Assembly: GCA_016235455.1 (NCBI GenBank)
Contig: JACRKZ010000005.1
Span: forward strand, 1-12,523
DNA length: 12,523 nt
Source: Armatimonadota bacterium
GTDB taxonomy: Bacteria > Armatimonadota > UBA10988
Reading direction: 5' to 3'
Shown here: positions 1 to 7,622 of the stretch, piece by piece
Layout of the letters: each line of letters begins with the position of its first letter
Numbering within the stretch: the first letter of the stretch is position 1
Notes under the pieces: generated by a model
What the model was told of the DNA's origin: nothing
Seen by the model: only the letters and a program-made list of their open reading frames with translations
The model's database searches: none
Translations under genes and position numbers: made by a program

Positions 1-203
1 AAGAAGACGTGCTGCCCCATCAACTCGGGCTCGGTGATGGCGGCCCAGCCGGCGCTGTCGGTCACCCAGCGCCGCTCGTGGACGCTGCGCACCTCCACCA
101 GCGGCACGCCGCGGCCGGTCTGCTCGTCAACCACGCGCAGACCAAAGGGTGCGGCGTGGGGCTGACCCAACGACAAGCCGGCAAGCAACAACAGAGCGGT
201 CAT
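1..203 (-). CDS. N-terminal part of a secreted hypothetical protein (runs off the window start)
   Basis: Not in the ORF track; translated by hand from ATG at 203: [67 protein letters not shown], open to the window edge. Hydrophobic signal-like N-terminus, then a 'VVDxQTGRGVP...TDSAG' pattern like carboxypeptidase-regulatory-like beta-sandwich domains. GGGGA lies 5 nt before the ATG. Alternative in-frame ATG at 227. Confidence 0.8.
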   Translation of the reverse strand, partial: MTALLLLAGLSLGQPHAAPFGLRVVDEQTGRGVPLVEVRSVHERRWVTDSAGWAAITEPELMGQHVF

Positions 204-225
204 GGCAGTCCCCAGCAACTGCTCC

Positions 226-234
226 ATTGTAGCA
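226..234 (-). promoter_or_regulatory. Extended -10 promoter (TGcTACAAT) for the gene starting at 203
   Basis: Minus strand reads TGCTACAAT, matching TGnTAnAAT, 22 nt upstream of ATG 203 in the short gap after the PiT stop. Confidence 0.55.
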
Positions 235-245
235 GCGGGGGCCAG

Positions 246-1253
246 CTACCGCACGATGAGCTGCACCACCTCGACCGCGCAGAAGCCCAGCAAGGCCGAC
301 AACGGCAGGGTCAGGATCCAGGCCATAACCACGTTGCCCACGGTCTTCCACTTGACCGCGGAGAAGCGCTTGGTCATGCCCACGCCCATGATGGTCGACG
401 AGATGGTGTGCGTCGTTGAGATCGGCGCGCCCAGATGCGACGCGGCCAGAATGACGACCGCCGCGCTGCTCTCCGCGACACAGCCCTGGATCGGCTGGAG
501 CTCGATCATGTTGCGGCCGATGGTCTTGATGATGCGCCATCCGCCCGCGCCGCTGCCCAGGCCCATGGCGCAGGCGCAGGACAACTTGACCCACGTGGGG
601 ATGACGAAGTGCGCCGCGGCGCCGCCGCCATGCGCCAGAGCCGCGCCACTGGCCAGCGCCATGGCGATGATGCCCATGGTCTTCTGCCCGTCGTTCGAGC
701 CGTGGCTGAAGGCCATGAGCCCGGCGGAGAGGATCTGCCAGTGTCTGAAGTCGCGATTGAGCTTGCGCGGCGCCTTCTTGCCAAAGATCCATAGGAACAG
801 GATCATCACGGTGCAGGCGGCCAGGATGCCCACCACGGGCGACAGCACCAGCCCGACCAACACCTTGTGGATGCCCTCGTACTTGAGCACGGCGAGGCCT
901 TTGTGCCCGGCCACCGCGCCCACAATGCCGCCGACCAGCGCATGGGTGGAGCTCGTCGGCAAGCCGTAGTGCCAGGTGATCAGGTCCCACAAGATGGCGC
1001 CGATGAGCGCGGCGACGACCACCGAGGCGGTGATGTTGGTGGGATCCACCAGGCCCTGCCCCATGGTCTTGGCCACCGCCGTCGAGGAGATGGCGCCGAT
1101 GAAGTTGAGGCAGGCGCACATCACCACGGCGGCACGAATGCTCAGCGCCCGAGTGAGCACCGAGGTGGCGATGGCATTGGCCGCGTCGTGGAACCCGTTG
1201 ACGTACTCGAAACCGAGCGCCAAGAAGACGACGAGGATGACCCAGGTGTCCAT
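246..1253 (-). CDS. pit: Inorganic phosphate transporter, PiT (PHO4) family
   Basis: 335 aa polytopic membrane protein with both PiT signature motifs (NGFHDAANAIAT, HGSNDGQKTMG) plus PTSSTHAL and PISTTH. GGAGG RBS upstream of ATG 1253. Confidence 0.96.
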   Translation of the reverse strand: MDTWVILVVFLALGFEYVNGFHDAANAIATSVLTRALSIRAAVVMCACLNFIGAISSTAVAKTMGQGLVDPTNITASVVVAALIGAILWDLITWHYGLPTSSTHALVGGIVGAVAGHKGLAVLKYEGIHKVLVGLVLSPVVGILAACTVMILFLWIFGKKAPRKLNRDFRHWQILSAGLMAFSHGSNDGQKTMGIIAMALASGAALAHGGGAAAHFVIPTWVKLSCACAMGLGSGAGGWRIIKTIGRNMIELQPIQGCVAESSAAVVILAASHLGAPISTTHTISSTIMGVGMTKRFSAVKWKTVGNVVMAWILTLPLSALLGFCAVEVVQLIVR

Positions 1254-1272
1254 GAGGACCTCCGCGACGAAC

Positions 1273-1932
1273 TCAGGAGTTCTTGACCAGCGCCGCCTCG
1301 ATAGCCGACGCCACGTCCTCGCAGCAGTCGATGGCCTCCTCCAGATGGTCGTAGATCTCTTTCCACTTGATCACCTCGATGGCATCGGGCTCGTTGTGGA
1401 ACAGATCAGCCAGGGCCTGCTTGACCACGCGGTCGGCGCGGTTCTCAATCTCGTTGATCCGCGCGATGTGCGGCGTGTTGGCCGTGCGCAGATGGGCCAA
1501 CTCGGAGCACACCACCTTCATCGCGTCGGTGGCCTCGACCAGCAGATCGGCCATCTGCGTGGCGGCCGTCGGAATGACCTTGGGCGCATACAGCGCCATG
1601 CGATCGACCGCCGCCCGGGTCTGGTCAACCACCTCGTCCAGTGCATGAGCCAGTTCCAGGATGTCCTGGCGGTCGAACATGATCGGCGTGACGAAGGTGT
1701 CGTTCAGGCGCTTAACACAGTCGTGGCGTAGCGTGTCGACATCCTCTTCCACCACCGCCACCGGCTCAACCATGCTCTCGGCCGTCACGGATCCGTCCAT
1801 AACCTGCTTTAGAAGGCCGCTTCCCTCGTGGGCCTTGATGCTCATCGCCTCGAACAGCTCGAAGAAGTCCTCTTCCTTGGGAAGGAAGAAGTGCATGATC
1901 TTCTGAATGCCGCCGGCCACGCCTCTGCCCAT
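1273..1932 (-). CDS. DUF47 / PhoU-like phosphate transport accessory protein
   Basis: 219 aa acidic helical protein with 'FVTPIMFDRQDILELAHALDEVVD', 'EIENRADRV' and 'IKWKEIYDHLEEAIDCCEDVA' motifs. Sits 19 nt upstream of pit, the canonical arrangement. GGGAG RBS. Confidence 0.94.
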   Translation of the reverse strand: MGRGVAGGIQKIMHFFLPKEEDFFELFEAMSIKAHEGSGLLKQVMDGSVTAESMVEPVAVVEEDVDTLRHDCVKRLNDTFVTPIMFDRQDILELAHALDEVVDQTRAAVDRMALYAPKVIPTAATQMADLLVEATDAMKVVCSELAHLRTANTPHIARINEIENRADRVVKQALADLFHNEPDAIEVIKWKEIYDHLEEAIDCCEDVASAIEAALVKNS

Positions 1933-1994
1933 GGTTCGCTCCCGCTTTCGTTAGCGTCGAGTTCGGAATCGATGTGATTCGCGTTTGCCTGACC

Positions 1995-2023
1995 ATTGTA
2001 CCCGCGGACGCCGATGCGGTCGA
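1995..2023 (-). promoter_or_regulatory. Putative sigma70 promoter of the DUF47-pit operon
   Basis: Minus strand TCGACC (2023-2018), 17 nt spacer, TACAAT (2000-1995). Confidence 0.55.
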
Positions 2024-2044
2024 TAGCGCCACCCCGGCCCCTGT

Positions 2045-2077
2045 GTTAAGATCGCGTTCAGATTCCGTTGCAGCACC
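2045..2077. promoter_or_regulatory. Candidate PHO box (11-bp direct repeat units)
   Basis: GTTAAGATCGC / GTTCAGATTCC / GTTGCAGCACC start at 2045, 2056 and 2067, an exact 11-bp period, upstream of a phosphate-uptake operon. Confidence 0.45.
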
Positions 2078-2108
2078 TACTAAAGCGAGTTAGGAACCAC
2101 TACTCGGG

Positions 2109-3104
2109 TCACTGGCCGGCTGACTCGTGCTCAATCAGGTCGGCAATGTCGTGTTTGCCAAAGCGCAGCGCCCAGTCGCGGGCGGTGGCATTGTAGGAGC
2201 GGTCGCGCAGGTCGGGCCGCGCGCCGTAGGCCAGCAACAGCTCCACCACATCGCGGTCGCCGCGCATGGCGGCCGCGTGCAGCGGATAGTGGCCCCAGAA
2301 CGAGCGCGAGTTGGGGTCCGCGCCGAGCTCCAGCAGGGCTTGGGTGACCTCGCGCCGACCGCGTTCGGCGGCCAGATGCAGCGGGGTGCCGCTGCCCAGC
2401 AGGTCGCGTGGCCGGCCGCGCGAGTCGAGCAGTTCCGGGTGGTCCGTGAGGCAGGCCAGCACGCGCGGCACATCGCCCAGCGCACAGGCCATGAACAACT
2501 CGGTTTCGGTGTCGAACTGCGCCAGGTAGCGCGCCACGCTCTGGCGGCGGTGGTCGGCCGCGGCCCAGCGAGCCGGCGTGTTGTCGTGTACCAGGTCGCG
2601 GGCGCAGGGGTCGGCGCCCATGTTCACCAGCCAGCGGGCCATGGGCACGGTGCCGGCGAAATGCAGAGGCTGAGCGCCGTCGGGCCCGAGCGCGTGGACC
2701 ACACCGGGGTCGCTTCGCGCATACTCGCGCAGCACGGTCAGGTCGCCCAGCGCGCTGGCAGCATGGGGGCAGATACGCGCCTGGCGCTCCATGAGGAAGT
2801 CGACCACATCGTCGTGCGCATGGGCCAGGGCGATGGCCAGCGGCGACCAGCGCGATTCCGGGCCGGCGGCGTCGATGTCCGCGCCGCACTCGACCAGGCT
2901 CTGGACGATGTCCAGGTGCCCGTTCTCGCAGGCCAGGTAGAGCGCGGTGTAGACGCTATCGCCGTCCGCGGCACAGCCGCCGACGCTAGCTAAGGAGGGG
3001 TCCAATACCAGGAGCTTGCGGACCGTGTCGGCGTCGCCCAAGAGCGCTGCGTCCAACATCAGGGCCGCCCAATCATTGCCCGTCGCGATACTCCACTCAT
3101 GCAC
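2109..3104 (-). CDS. Ankyrin repeat protein (~331 aa)
   Basis: Only the C-terminal part of the 755-aa track ORF looks real. It has ankyrin motifs (YTALYLACENGHLDIVQSLVECGADI, WSPLAIA, GTPLHLAAERGRREVTQALLELGADPN, YPLHAAAMRGDRDVVELLLAYGA). Start placed at GTG 3104; alternative ATG 3059. Confidence 0.85.
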   Translation of the reverse strand: MHEWSIATGNDWAALMLDAALLGDADTVRKLLVLDPSLASVGGCAADGDSVYTALYLACENGHLDIVQSLVECGADIDAAGPESRWSPLAIALAHAHDDVVDFLMERQARICPHAASALGDLTVLREYARSDPGVVHALGPDGAQPLHFAGTVPMARWLVNMGADPCARDLVHDNTPARWAAADHRRQSVARYLAQFDTETELFMACALGDVPRVLACLTDHPELLDSRGRPRDLLGSGTPLHLAAERGRREVTQALLELGADPNSRSFWGHYPLHAAAMRGDRDVVELLLAYGARPDLRDRSYNATARDWALRFGKHDIADLIEHESAGQ

Positions 3105-3110
3105 TACGGT

Positions 3111-3139
3111 ATTGTGCAGCGCCGGGCCCCATGTGTCGG
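3111..3139 (-). promoter_or_regulatory. Putative promoter for the ankyrin gene (possibly leaderless mRNA)
   Basis: Minus strand CCGACA (3139-3134), 17 nt, CACAAT (3116-3111). In-frame GTG lies 6 nt after the -10 and has no SD. Confidence 0.4.
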
Positions 3140-3197
3140 GAGCGCTTCGGCACGCAGCATACCGCCCACGTGAAATGCCGCCAACCACGTTCTCCGC

Positions 3198-3226
3198 TTG
3201 ACACCCACCCGACCGCGCCGCACGAT
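3198..3226 (+). promoter_or_regulatory. Sigma70 promoter for the deaminase
   Basis: Perfect TTGACA (3198-3203), 17 nt, CACGAT (3221-3226), followed by SD GGGAGAAGG at 3241-3249. Confidence 0.65.
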
Positions 3227-3251
3227 CAGGAACCACCCGCGGGAGAAGGTC

Positions 3252-4544
3252 TTGAGCAGTCTGCGCATCACTGGCGGTACCGTCTTGTGCTTCGATGAGG
3301 AGCGCACCATCCTGCCCGGCGGCGAGGTCGGCATCAGCGACGGCCGCATCGACTACGTCGGCCCCTGCCGCGACGGCGCGGCCGGCGAGGTGATCGACGC
3401 CACCGGCCAGGCGGTCATGCCCGGCCTGATCAATGCGCACACGCATGTGGCCATGACGCTCATGCGTTCGTACGCCGACGACATGTCGCTGCACGCCTGG
3501 CTGGAGCAGCGCATCTGGCCGGTCGAGCGGCACCTGCTGCCCAGCGATGTCTACTGGGGCACGCTGCTGGGCTGCGTGGAGATGATCCGCGCCGGCGTAA
3601 CCACCTTCAACGACATGTACTGGCACGCGCGTGAAGCCACGCAAGCCGGGCTGGACAGCGGGCTGCGCACCTGCCCGTCGGGTGTGCTGATCGGCATCGT
3701 GCCCGACAAGCAGGCCATGTTCGAGCGCGCGGTCGAGTTCGCCGACGAGTGCATCGCCCGGGCTCACCCGCGGCTGCATGTGCGCTTCGGCCCCCACGCG
3801 CCCTACACCGTGCCTGACGACTTCATGGCGCAGATCATCGAAGCCGCCGGCTCGCGCGGCGTGCCCATCCACACCCACCTGGCAGAGACCGAGAAGGAAG
3901 TGGCCGACTGCCTGGCGCAGCATGGCGAGCGCGTCATGGAGCACATGCAGCGCATCGGCCTGTTCGACGTGGCGGTCAATGCGGCGCACTGCGTGCATCT
4001 TTCGCCCGCCGAGATCGCCATCTTGGCCGAACGCGGCGTCGGGGTGGTTACCAACCACTCGTCCAACCTCAAACTCGGCGCCGGCGTGGCGCCCATCCCC
4101 GAGCTGCTGGCCGCGGGCGTGACCATCGGTCTGGGCACCGACGGCACGGCCTCCAACAACAACCTCGACGTGCTCGAGGAGGTGCGGCTGGTAGCGCTGC
4201 TCCACAAGGGCCTGCGCCGCGACGCGACGGTCATCTCGGCCTACGAGGCGCTGGAGATGGCCACCGCGGGCGGCGCGCGGGCCATGGGCTTCGACGATCT
4301 GGGTCGGCTCAAGCCCGGCTATCGCGCCGATGTCATCTGCCTGGACCTGAGCGCGCCGCACCTCTGCCCCGGCCACAACGTCATCAGCGACCTGGCCTAT
4401 GCCGCGCAGTCCAGCGATGTCGTGACGACCATCGTCCAGGGCGAGGTGGTCATGCGCGACCGGCAGGTGTTGAGCGTGGACCAGGCCGAAGTGGTGGCCA
4501 AGGCACGCGAGGCAGCGCTGGGGCTGGTAGGGCGAGCGGGGTAG
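3252..4544 (+). CDS. mtaD: Amidohydrolase, 5'-methylthioadenosine/S-adenosylhomocysteine (5'-deoxyadenosine) deaminase-like
   Basis: Motifs PGLINAHTH, DDMSLHAWL, EMIRAGVTTFNDMY, GPHAPYT, IHTHLAET, AAHCV, SNLKL, GLGTDGTASNNNLD. Start moved to TTG 3252, which follows the SD. The track start at 3198 is the -35 hexamer. Confidence 0.88.
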   Translation: MSSLRITGGTVLCFDEERTILPGGEVGISDGRIDYVGPCRDGAAGEVIDATGQAVMPGLINAHTHVAMTLMRSYADDMSLHAWLEQRIWPVERHLLPSDVYWGTLLGCVEMIRAGVTTFNDMYWHAREATQAGLDSGLRTCPSGVLIGIVPDKQAMFERAVEFADECIARAHPRLHVRFGPHAPYTVPDDFMAQIIEAAGSRGVPIHTHLAETEKEVADCLAQHGERVMEHMQRIGLFDVAVNAAHCVHLSPAEIAILAERGVGVVTNHSSNLKLGAGVAPIPELLAAGVTIGLGTDGTASNNNLDVLEEVRLVALLHKGLRRDATVISAYEALEMATAGGARAMGFDDLGRLKPGYRADVICLDLSAPHLCPGHNVISDLAYAAQSSDVVTTIVQGEVVMRDRQVLSVDQAEVVAKAREAALGLVGRAG

Positions 4545-4574
4545 CGTCCGGTCTTCGGTGGTGGTTGTGCGCGG

Positions 4575-4603
4575 GTGACAGCGCCGCTCCTGCGCGGCAC
4601 CTT
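4575..4603 (+). promoter_or_regulatory. Putative promoter for the oxidoreductase-epimerase pair
   Basis: GTGACA (4575-4580), 17 nt, CACCTT (4598-4603), followed by the inverted repeat GTCAGC-N10-GCTGAC (4607-4628). Confidence 0.35.
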
Positions 4604-4660
4604 AGGGTCAGCACCTGGCGCCGCTGACAAACACGCCGCCCGCGCCCAACGGAGCACACC

Positions 4661-5647
4661 ATGAAGACCCTCGGCGTGACCTTCCTCGGACCCGACGCAG
4701 TGGCCTGCGCGCCGCTGACCATGCCCGCGCCCGGCCCGGGCCAGGTGTCTGTGCGCACCCACTACTCCACCATCAGCCCCGGCACCGAGGGCTGGGTGTG
4801 GCGCAATGCGTTCACCTGGTCGCCCACACCGTACCCCTGCGTGCCCGGCTATCAGCGTGTCGGCGTCGTCGAAGCGCTGGGCGACGGGGTCGAGGGCTGG
4901 GCGATCGGCCAGCGCGTCATGGCCACCGTCGGCGCCTGGGTCGGCGAGGTGCCGCCCTTCTGGGGCTCCCACGCGGCGCTGGCGGTGACCGCGGCCAGCG
5001 AGCTCTACGCGCTGCCCGCCGGCATCGACCCCGTGGCCGCCTCGGCGGCCGTGGTGGCGCAGGTCGGCTACAACGCCGCCAGCCGCCTGACGCTGGACGC
5101 CGGCGACCTGGTCGTGGTCTACGGCGACGGCCTGATCGGCCAGTTCGGCGGACAGGCGGCGCAGGCGCGCGGAGCACGCGTGCTGGTCGTCGGGCACCGC
5201 ACCGAGCGGCTGGCGCGCGCCGCGGCCTGGGGCGCGATGACCGTCGACAGCCAACGCCAGCCGGTGGCCGACGCCGTGCGCGCGGTCGTCGGCGGCCCGG
5301 TGACGGCGGTCATCGACACGGTGCAGACCGAAGCCTCGCAGGGCGAGTACATGGATCTCCTGCCGCATGGCCGCGGACAGGTGGTCTACAGCGGCTTCAC
5401 ACCGGGCAACACCTGGGCCAACATGGCGGTGCTGCAGCAGCGCGAGCTGACCTGCTACTTCGTCAGCGGCTGGAACCGCGAGCGGATGACGGCCACACTG
5501 GACCTGCTGGCCTCGGGCGGGCTGAACTACGGCGCCCTGATGACCCACCAGCAGCCGGCGTGCAAGGCGGCCGACCTCTACCATCTGGTGCGCGACAAGG
5601 ATCCCAGTGCGCTGGGCCTGACCATCGATTGGAGCGACGTGGCATGA
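4661..5647 (+). CDS. Medium-chain dehydrogenase/reductase (alcohol/sugar dehydrogenase-like, ISxGTE/PGY subgroup)
   Basis: GroES-like N-domain (PGPGQVSVRT..STISPGTE, PCVPGYQRVGVVEALG) and Rossmann motif VVVYGDGLIGQ. GGAG RBS at 4651-4654. Confidence 0.88.
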   Translation: MKTLGVTFLGPDAVACAPLTMPAPGPGQVSVRTHYSTISPGTEGWVWRNAFTWSPTPYPCVPGYQRVGVVEALGDGVEGWAIGQRVMATVGAWVGEVPPFWGSHAALAVTAASELYALPAGIDPVAASAAVVAQVGYNAASRLTLDAGDLVVVYGDGLIGQFGGQAAQARGARVLVVGHRTERLARAAAWGAMTVDSQRQPVADAVRAVVGGPVTAVIDTVQTEASQGEYMDLLPHGRGQVVYSGFTPGNTWANMAVLQQRELTCYFVSGWNRERMTATLDLLASGGLNYGALMTHQQPACKAADLYHLVRDKDPSALGLTIDWSDVA

Positions 5648-6534
5648 AGGTCCTCATCACCGGCGCCGCCGGCTGGCTGGCGCGTGAACTGGCGACGGAG
5701 TTGGAGGGCGGGCACGAACTGCGCCTGACCGACCGCGTCGACCCGGCCGAGGCCACGGTCTTCGTGCCCGGCCAGCTCGAACGCCAGGCCGCGCCGTTGG
5801 CCAGCCCCTGGCCCTATGTGCGCGCCGAGATCACCGATCTGACCGCGATGACCCAGGCGGCGGAGGGAGTCGACGCGATTGTGCATCTGGCCGCGGCCAC
5901 CAACGGCCTGCCCGAGAACGGGCCGGCCATCATGCAGGCCAACGTCGTGGGCACCTACGTGGTCTTCGACGCGGCGCGACTGGCCGGTGTCCGGCGCGTG
6001 CTGTGCGCCTCCAGTGTCAATGCGCTGGGCACCATCTACTGGCGACTCAGCGGCCAGCCGGCGCCGTATGCGGCGATGCCCGTCGACGAGACCTTCCGGC
6101 CCGTGCCCGAGGACCCCTACAGCCTGAGCAAATGGTGCAATGAGGAGACCGCGCACGCCTTCGCGCGGGCCTACGGCCTGACCACGGCGGCGTTCCGCTT
6201 CGCCGGCGTTTGGACGCCCGAGCTCTATGAGCGGCACCTGGCCAACATGGGGCCGACCACGGCCTGGTCGGACGACCTCTACCAGTGGGTGCATGTCAGC
6301 GACGTGGTACGCGGCCTGCGTCAGGCGCTGGAATGCGAAGCTCTGCCGGCCAGCGGCGTCTACCACCTGGGCGCGGCGGATACGCGGTGCCCCGAGCCGA
6401 CCATGGAGCTGCTGGCGCGCTTCCGCCCCGACCTGGCCGTAACCACGGCGCTGCCGGGCCGGTCGCCGCTGCTCAGCATCGACCTGGCGCGGCGCACGTT
6501 TGGCTATGAGCCGCGGATGCGGCTGGGCGAGTAG
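5644..6534 (+). CDS. NAD-dependent epimerase/dehydratase (extended SDR)
   Basis: True start is ATG 5644, an ATGA overlap with the upstream stop. Motifs MKVLITGAAGWLA, VDAIVHLAA, NVVGTYVVF, ASS, catalytic YSLSK, WVHVSDV. 296 aa. Confidence 0.9.
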   Translation: MKVLITGAAGWLARELATELEGGHELRLTDRVDPAEATVFVPGQLERQAAPLASPWPYVRAEITDLTAMTQAAEGVDAIVHLAAATNGLPENGPAIMQANVVGTYVVFDAARLAGVRRVLCASSVNALGTIYWRLSGQPAPYAAMPVDETFRPVPEDPYSLSKWCNEETAHAFARAYGLTTAAFRFAGVWTPELYERHLANMGPTTAWSDDLYQWVHVSDVVRGLRQALECEALPASGVYHLGAADTRCPEPTMELLARFRPDLAVTTALPGRSPLLSIDLARRTFGYEPRMRLGE

Positions 6535-6542
6535 CGCCCGCG

Positions 6543-7463
6543 TCAATCTGGCTTGACCCGCGTGATCACGCCCGGCTTCAGCTCTATCGCGCGGCCCTCG
6601 AAGTCGATCCACACGGGGAGCGCGCTGGGATTCTCGATGAAGCTGCCGTCGGCGGACACGCGCAGCGCGCGCACGGCGGCCAGGTAGTCGAACACCTCGA
6701 TGTTGGTGGCATACCAGATGTCCTTCCGCCCGCCCAGGCGCGTGCAGAACTCCTCGATCAGGCTCCAGTTACCCTTCTCCTCGAACTCATAGCTGTGCCC
6801 CCAGACCGACAGCAGCGCGGGGAAGGTGTCCCACTTGAGCAGTCGGTCGACCTGCCGGAGGCAGTCGTTGTGGTGGCAGGTGCAGTTCCACGCGGTGGGA
6901 TTCTTGTCCGGCGTGGCCATCCAGGTGGTGCCACTCACCAGCCGCGCATAGACGATGCCCAGCTTGGGCAGGAAGTCGGCCACGCGCTGGTCGGCGTCGC
7001 CGCCAGGATAGGCCAGGCCCCGCACCGGATAGCCCACCAGCCGTTCCAGGTCGGCGCGGTTGTCCATCACCTCACGCGTGATCACCTCGTCGGTCTGCCT
7101 GGTCAGCGGTGGGTGAGTCACGGTGTGCGCCGCCACCTCATGCCCGGCGAACAGCGACTTGACCTCCGCACGGGTGACATAGCCGTCCTTGTCCAAGGTG
7201 CTGCTGATCAGGTTGAAGGTGCCGCGGATGCCGTGGGCGTTGAAGATGGCCACCAGCCGGCGGTCAAACACGCGCCCGTCGTCGAAGCTCATGGTCAGCG
7301 CCCGGCGCAGGCCGCTGGGGAAGAGCATGCGCGCGTAGGTCGTCGGTGCGTCGCAGTTGACGGCGATGTCGGCACTGGTGATGCGCGGAGCGGGCGGCGT
7401 CTGAGCCAACGCAACGGCGAGTTGCAGGCAGACGGCGGCGAGGCAGAGGATGGTTCTGGTCAT
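6543..7463 (-). CDS. Polysaccharide deacetylase (CE4/NodB family), signal-peptide-bearing copy
   Basis: CE4 motifs LTMSFDDG, GIRGTFNL, GHEVAAHTVTHP, GLAYPGG, WGHSYEF. From ATG 7463 a Sec-type signal MTRTILCLAAVCLQLAVALA-Q is followed by a Pro-rich linker. Confidence 0.9.
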   Translation of the reverse strand: MTRTILCLAAVCLQLAVALAQTPPAPRITSADIAVNCDAPTTYARMLFPSGLRRALTMSFDDGRVFDRRLVAIFNAHGIRGTFNLISSTLDKDGYVTRAEVKSLFAGHEVAAHTVTHPPLTRQTDEVITREVMDNRADLERLVGYPVRGLAYPGGDADQRVADFLPKLGIVYARLVSGTTWMATPDKNPTAWNCTCHHNDCLRQVDRLLKWDTFPALLSVWGHSYEFEEKGNWSLIEEFCTRLGGRKDIWYATNIEVFDYLAAVRALRVSADGSFIENPSALPVWIDFEGRAIELKPGVITRVKPD

Positions 7464-7608
7464 GGTCGGTTCCCGGCGCGGACGAAGGTACCGGCCACTT
7501 GGCCACCGGGCGAGCAACCCCTCTCGGCCCGCAGCGCGGCACAGGCTCGACGTGTGGCCTTGGCGAAGGGACGACTGAGCGCCACCACCGGGTCAAACAC
7601 ACCCGATT

Positions 7609-7622
7609 AGCAATCGTTCCCA
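7609..7622. promoter_or_regulatory. Candidate LacI-family operator
   Basis: AGCAATCGTTCCCA is a 14-bp imperfect palindrome with central CG, fitting the LacI pattern TGnAAnCGnTTnCA. It lies in the divergent deacetylase/pilin intergenic region. Confidence 0.45.

Noticed and set aside
1950-1992. 5' UTR of DUF47 has GGCAAAC...GACGCTAA, reminiscent of a c-di-GMP-I (GEMM) riboswitch
   Set aside because: The short GAATC/GATTC stem lacks the GNRA loop, there is no second stem or tetraloop receptor, and the UTR is too short. An Infernal search with the c-di-GMP-I model would settle it.
2086-2106. CGAGTTAG-GAACCA-CTACTCG hairpin after the ankyrin stop as a terminator
   Set aside because: Only 7 bp with a bulge and no convincing U-tract; too weak to call.
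3105-4376. N-terminal ~420 aa of the 755-aa minus-strand ORF, suggesting a large ankyrin fusion
   Set aside because: It is the antisense shadow of the deaminase. No motifs, and stop-free antisense frames are expected at this GC content.
4798-5643. N-terminal extension of the 578-aa ORF
   Set aside because: Arg-rich out-of-frame overlap with the MDR gene. The epimerase starts at ATG 5644.
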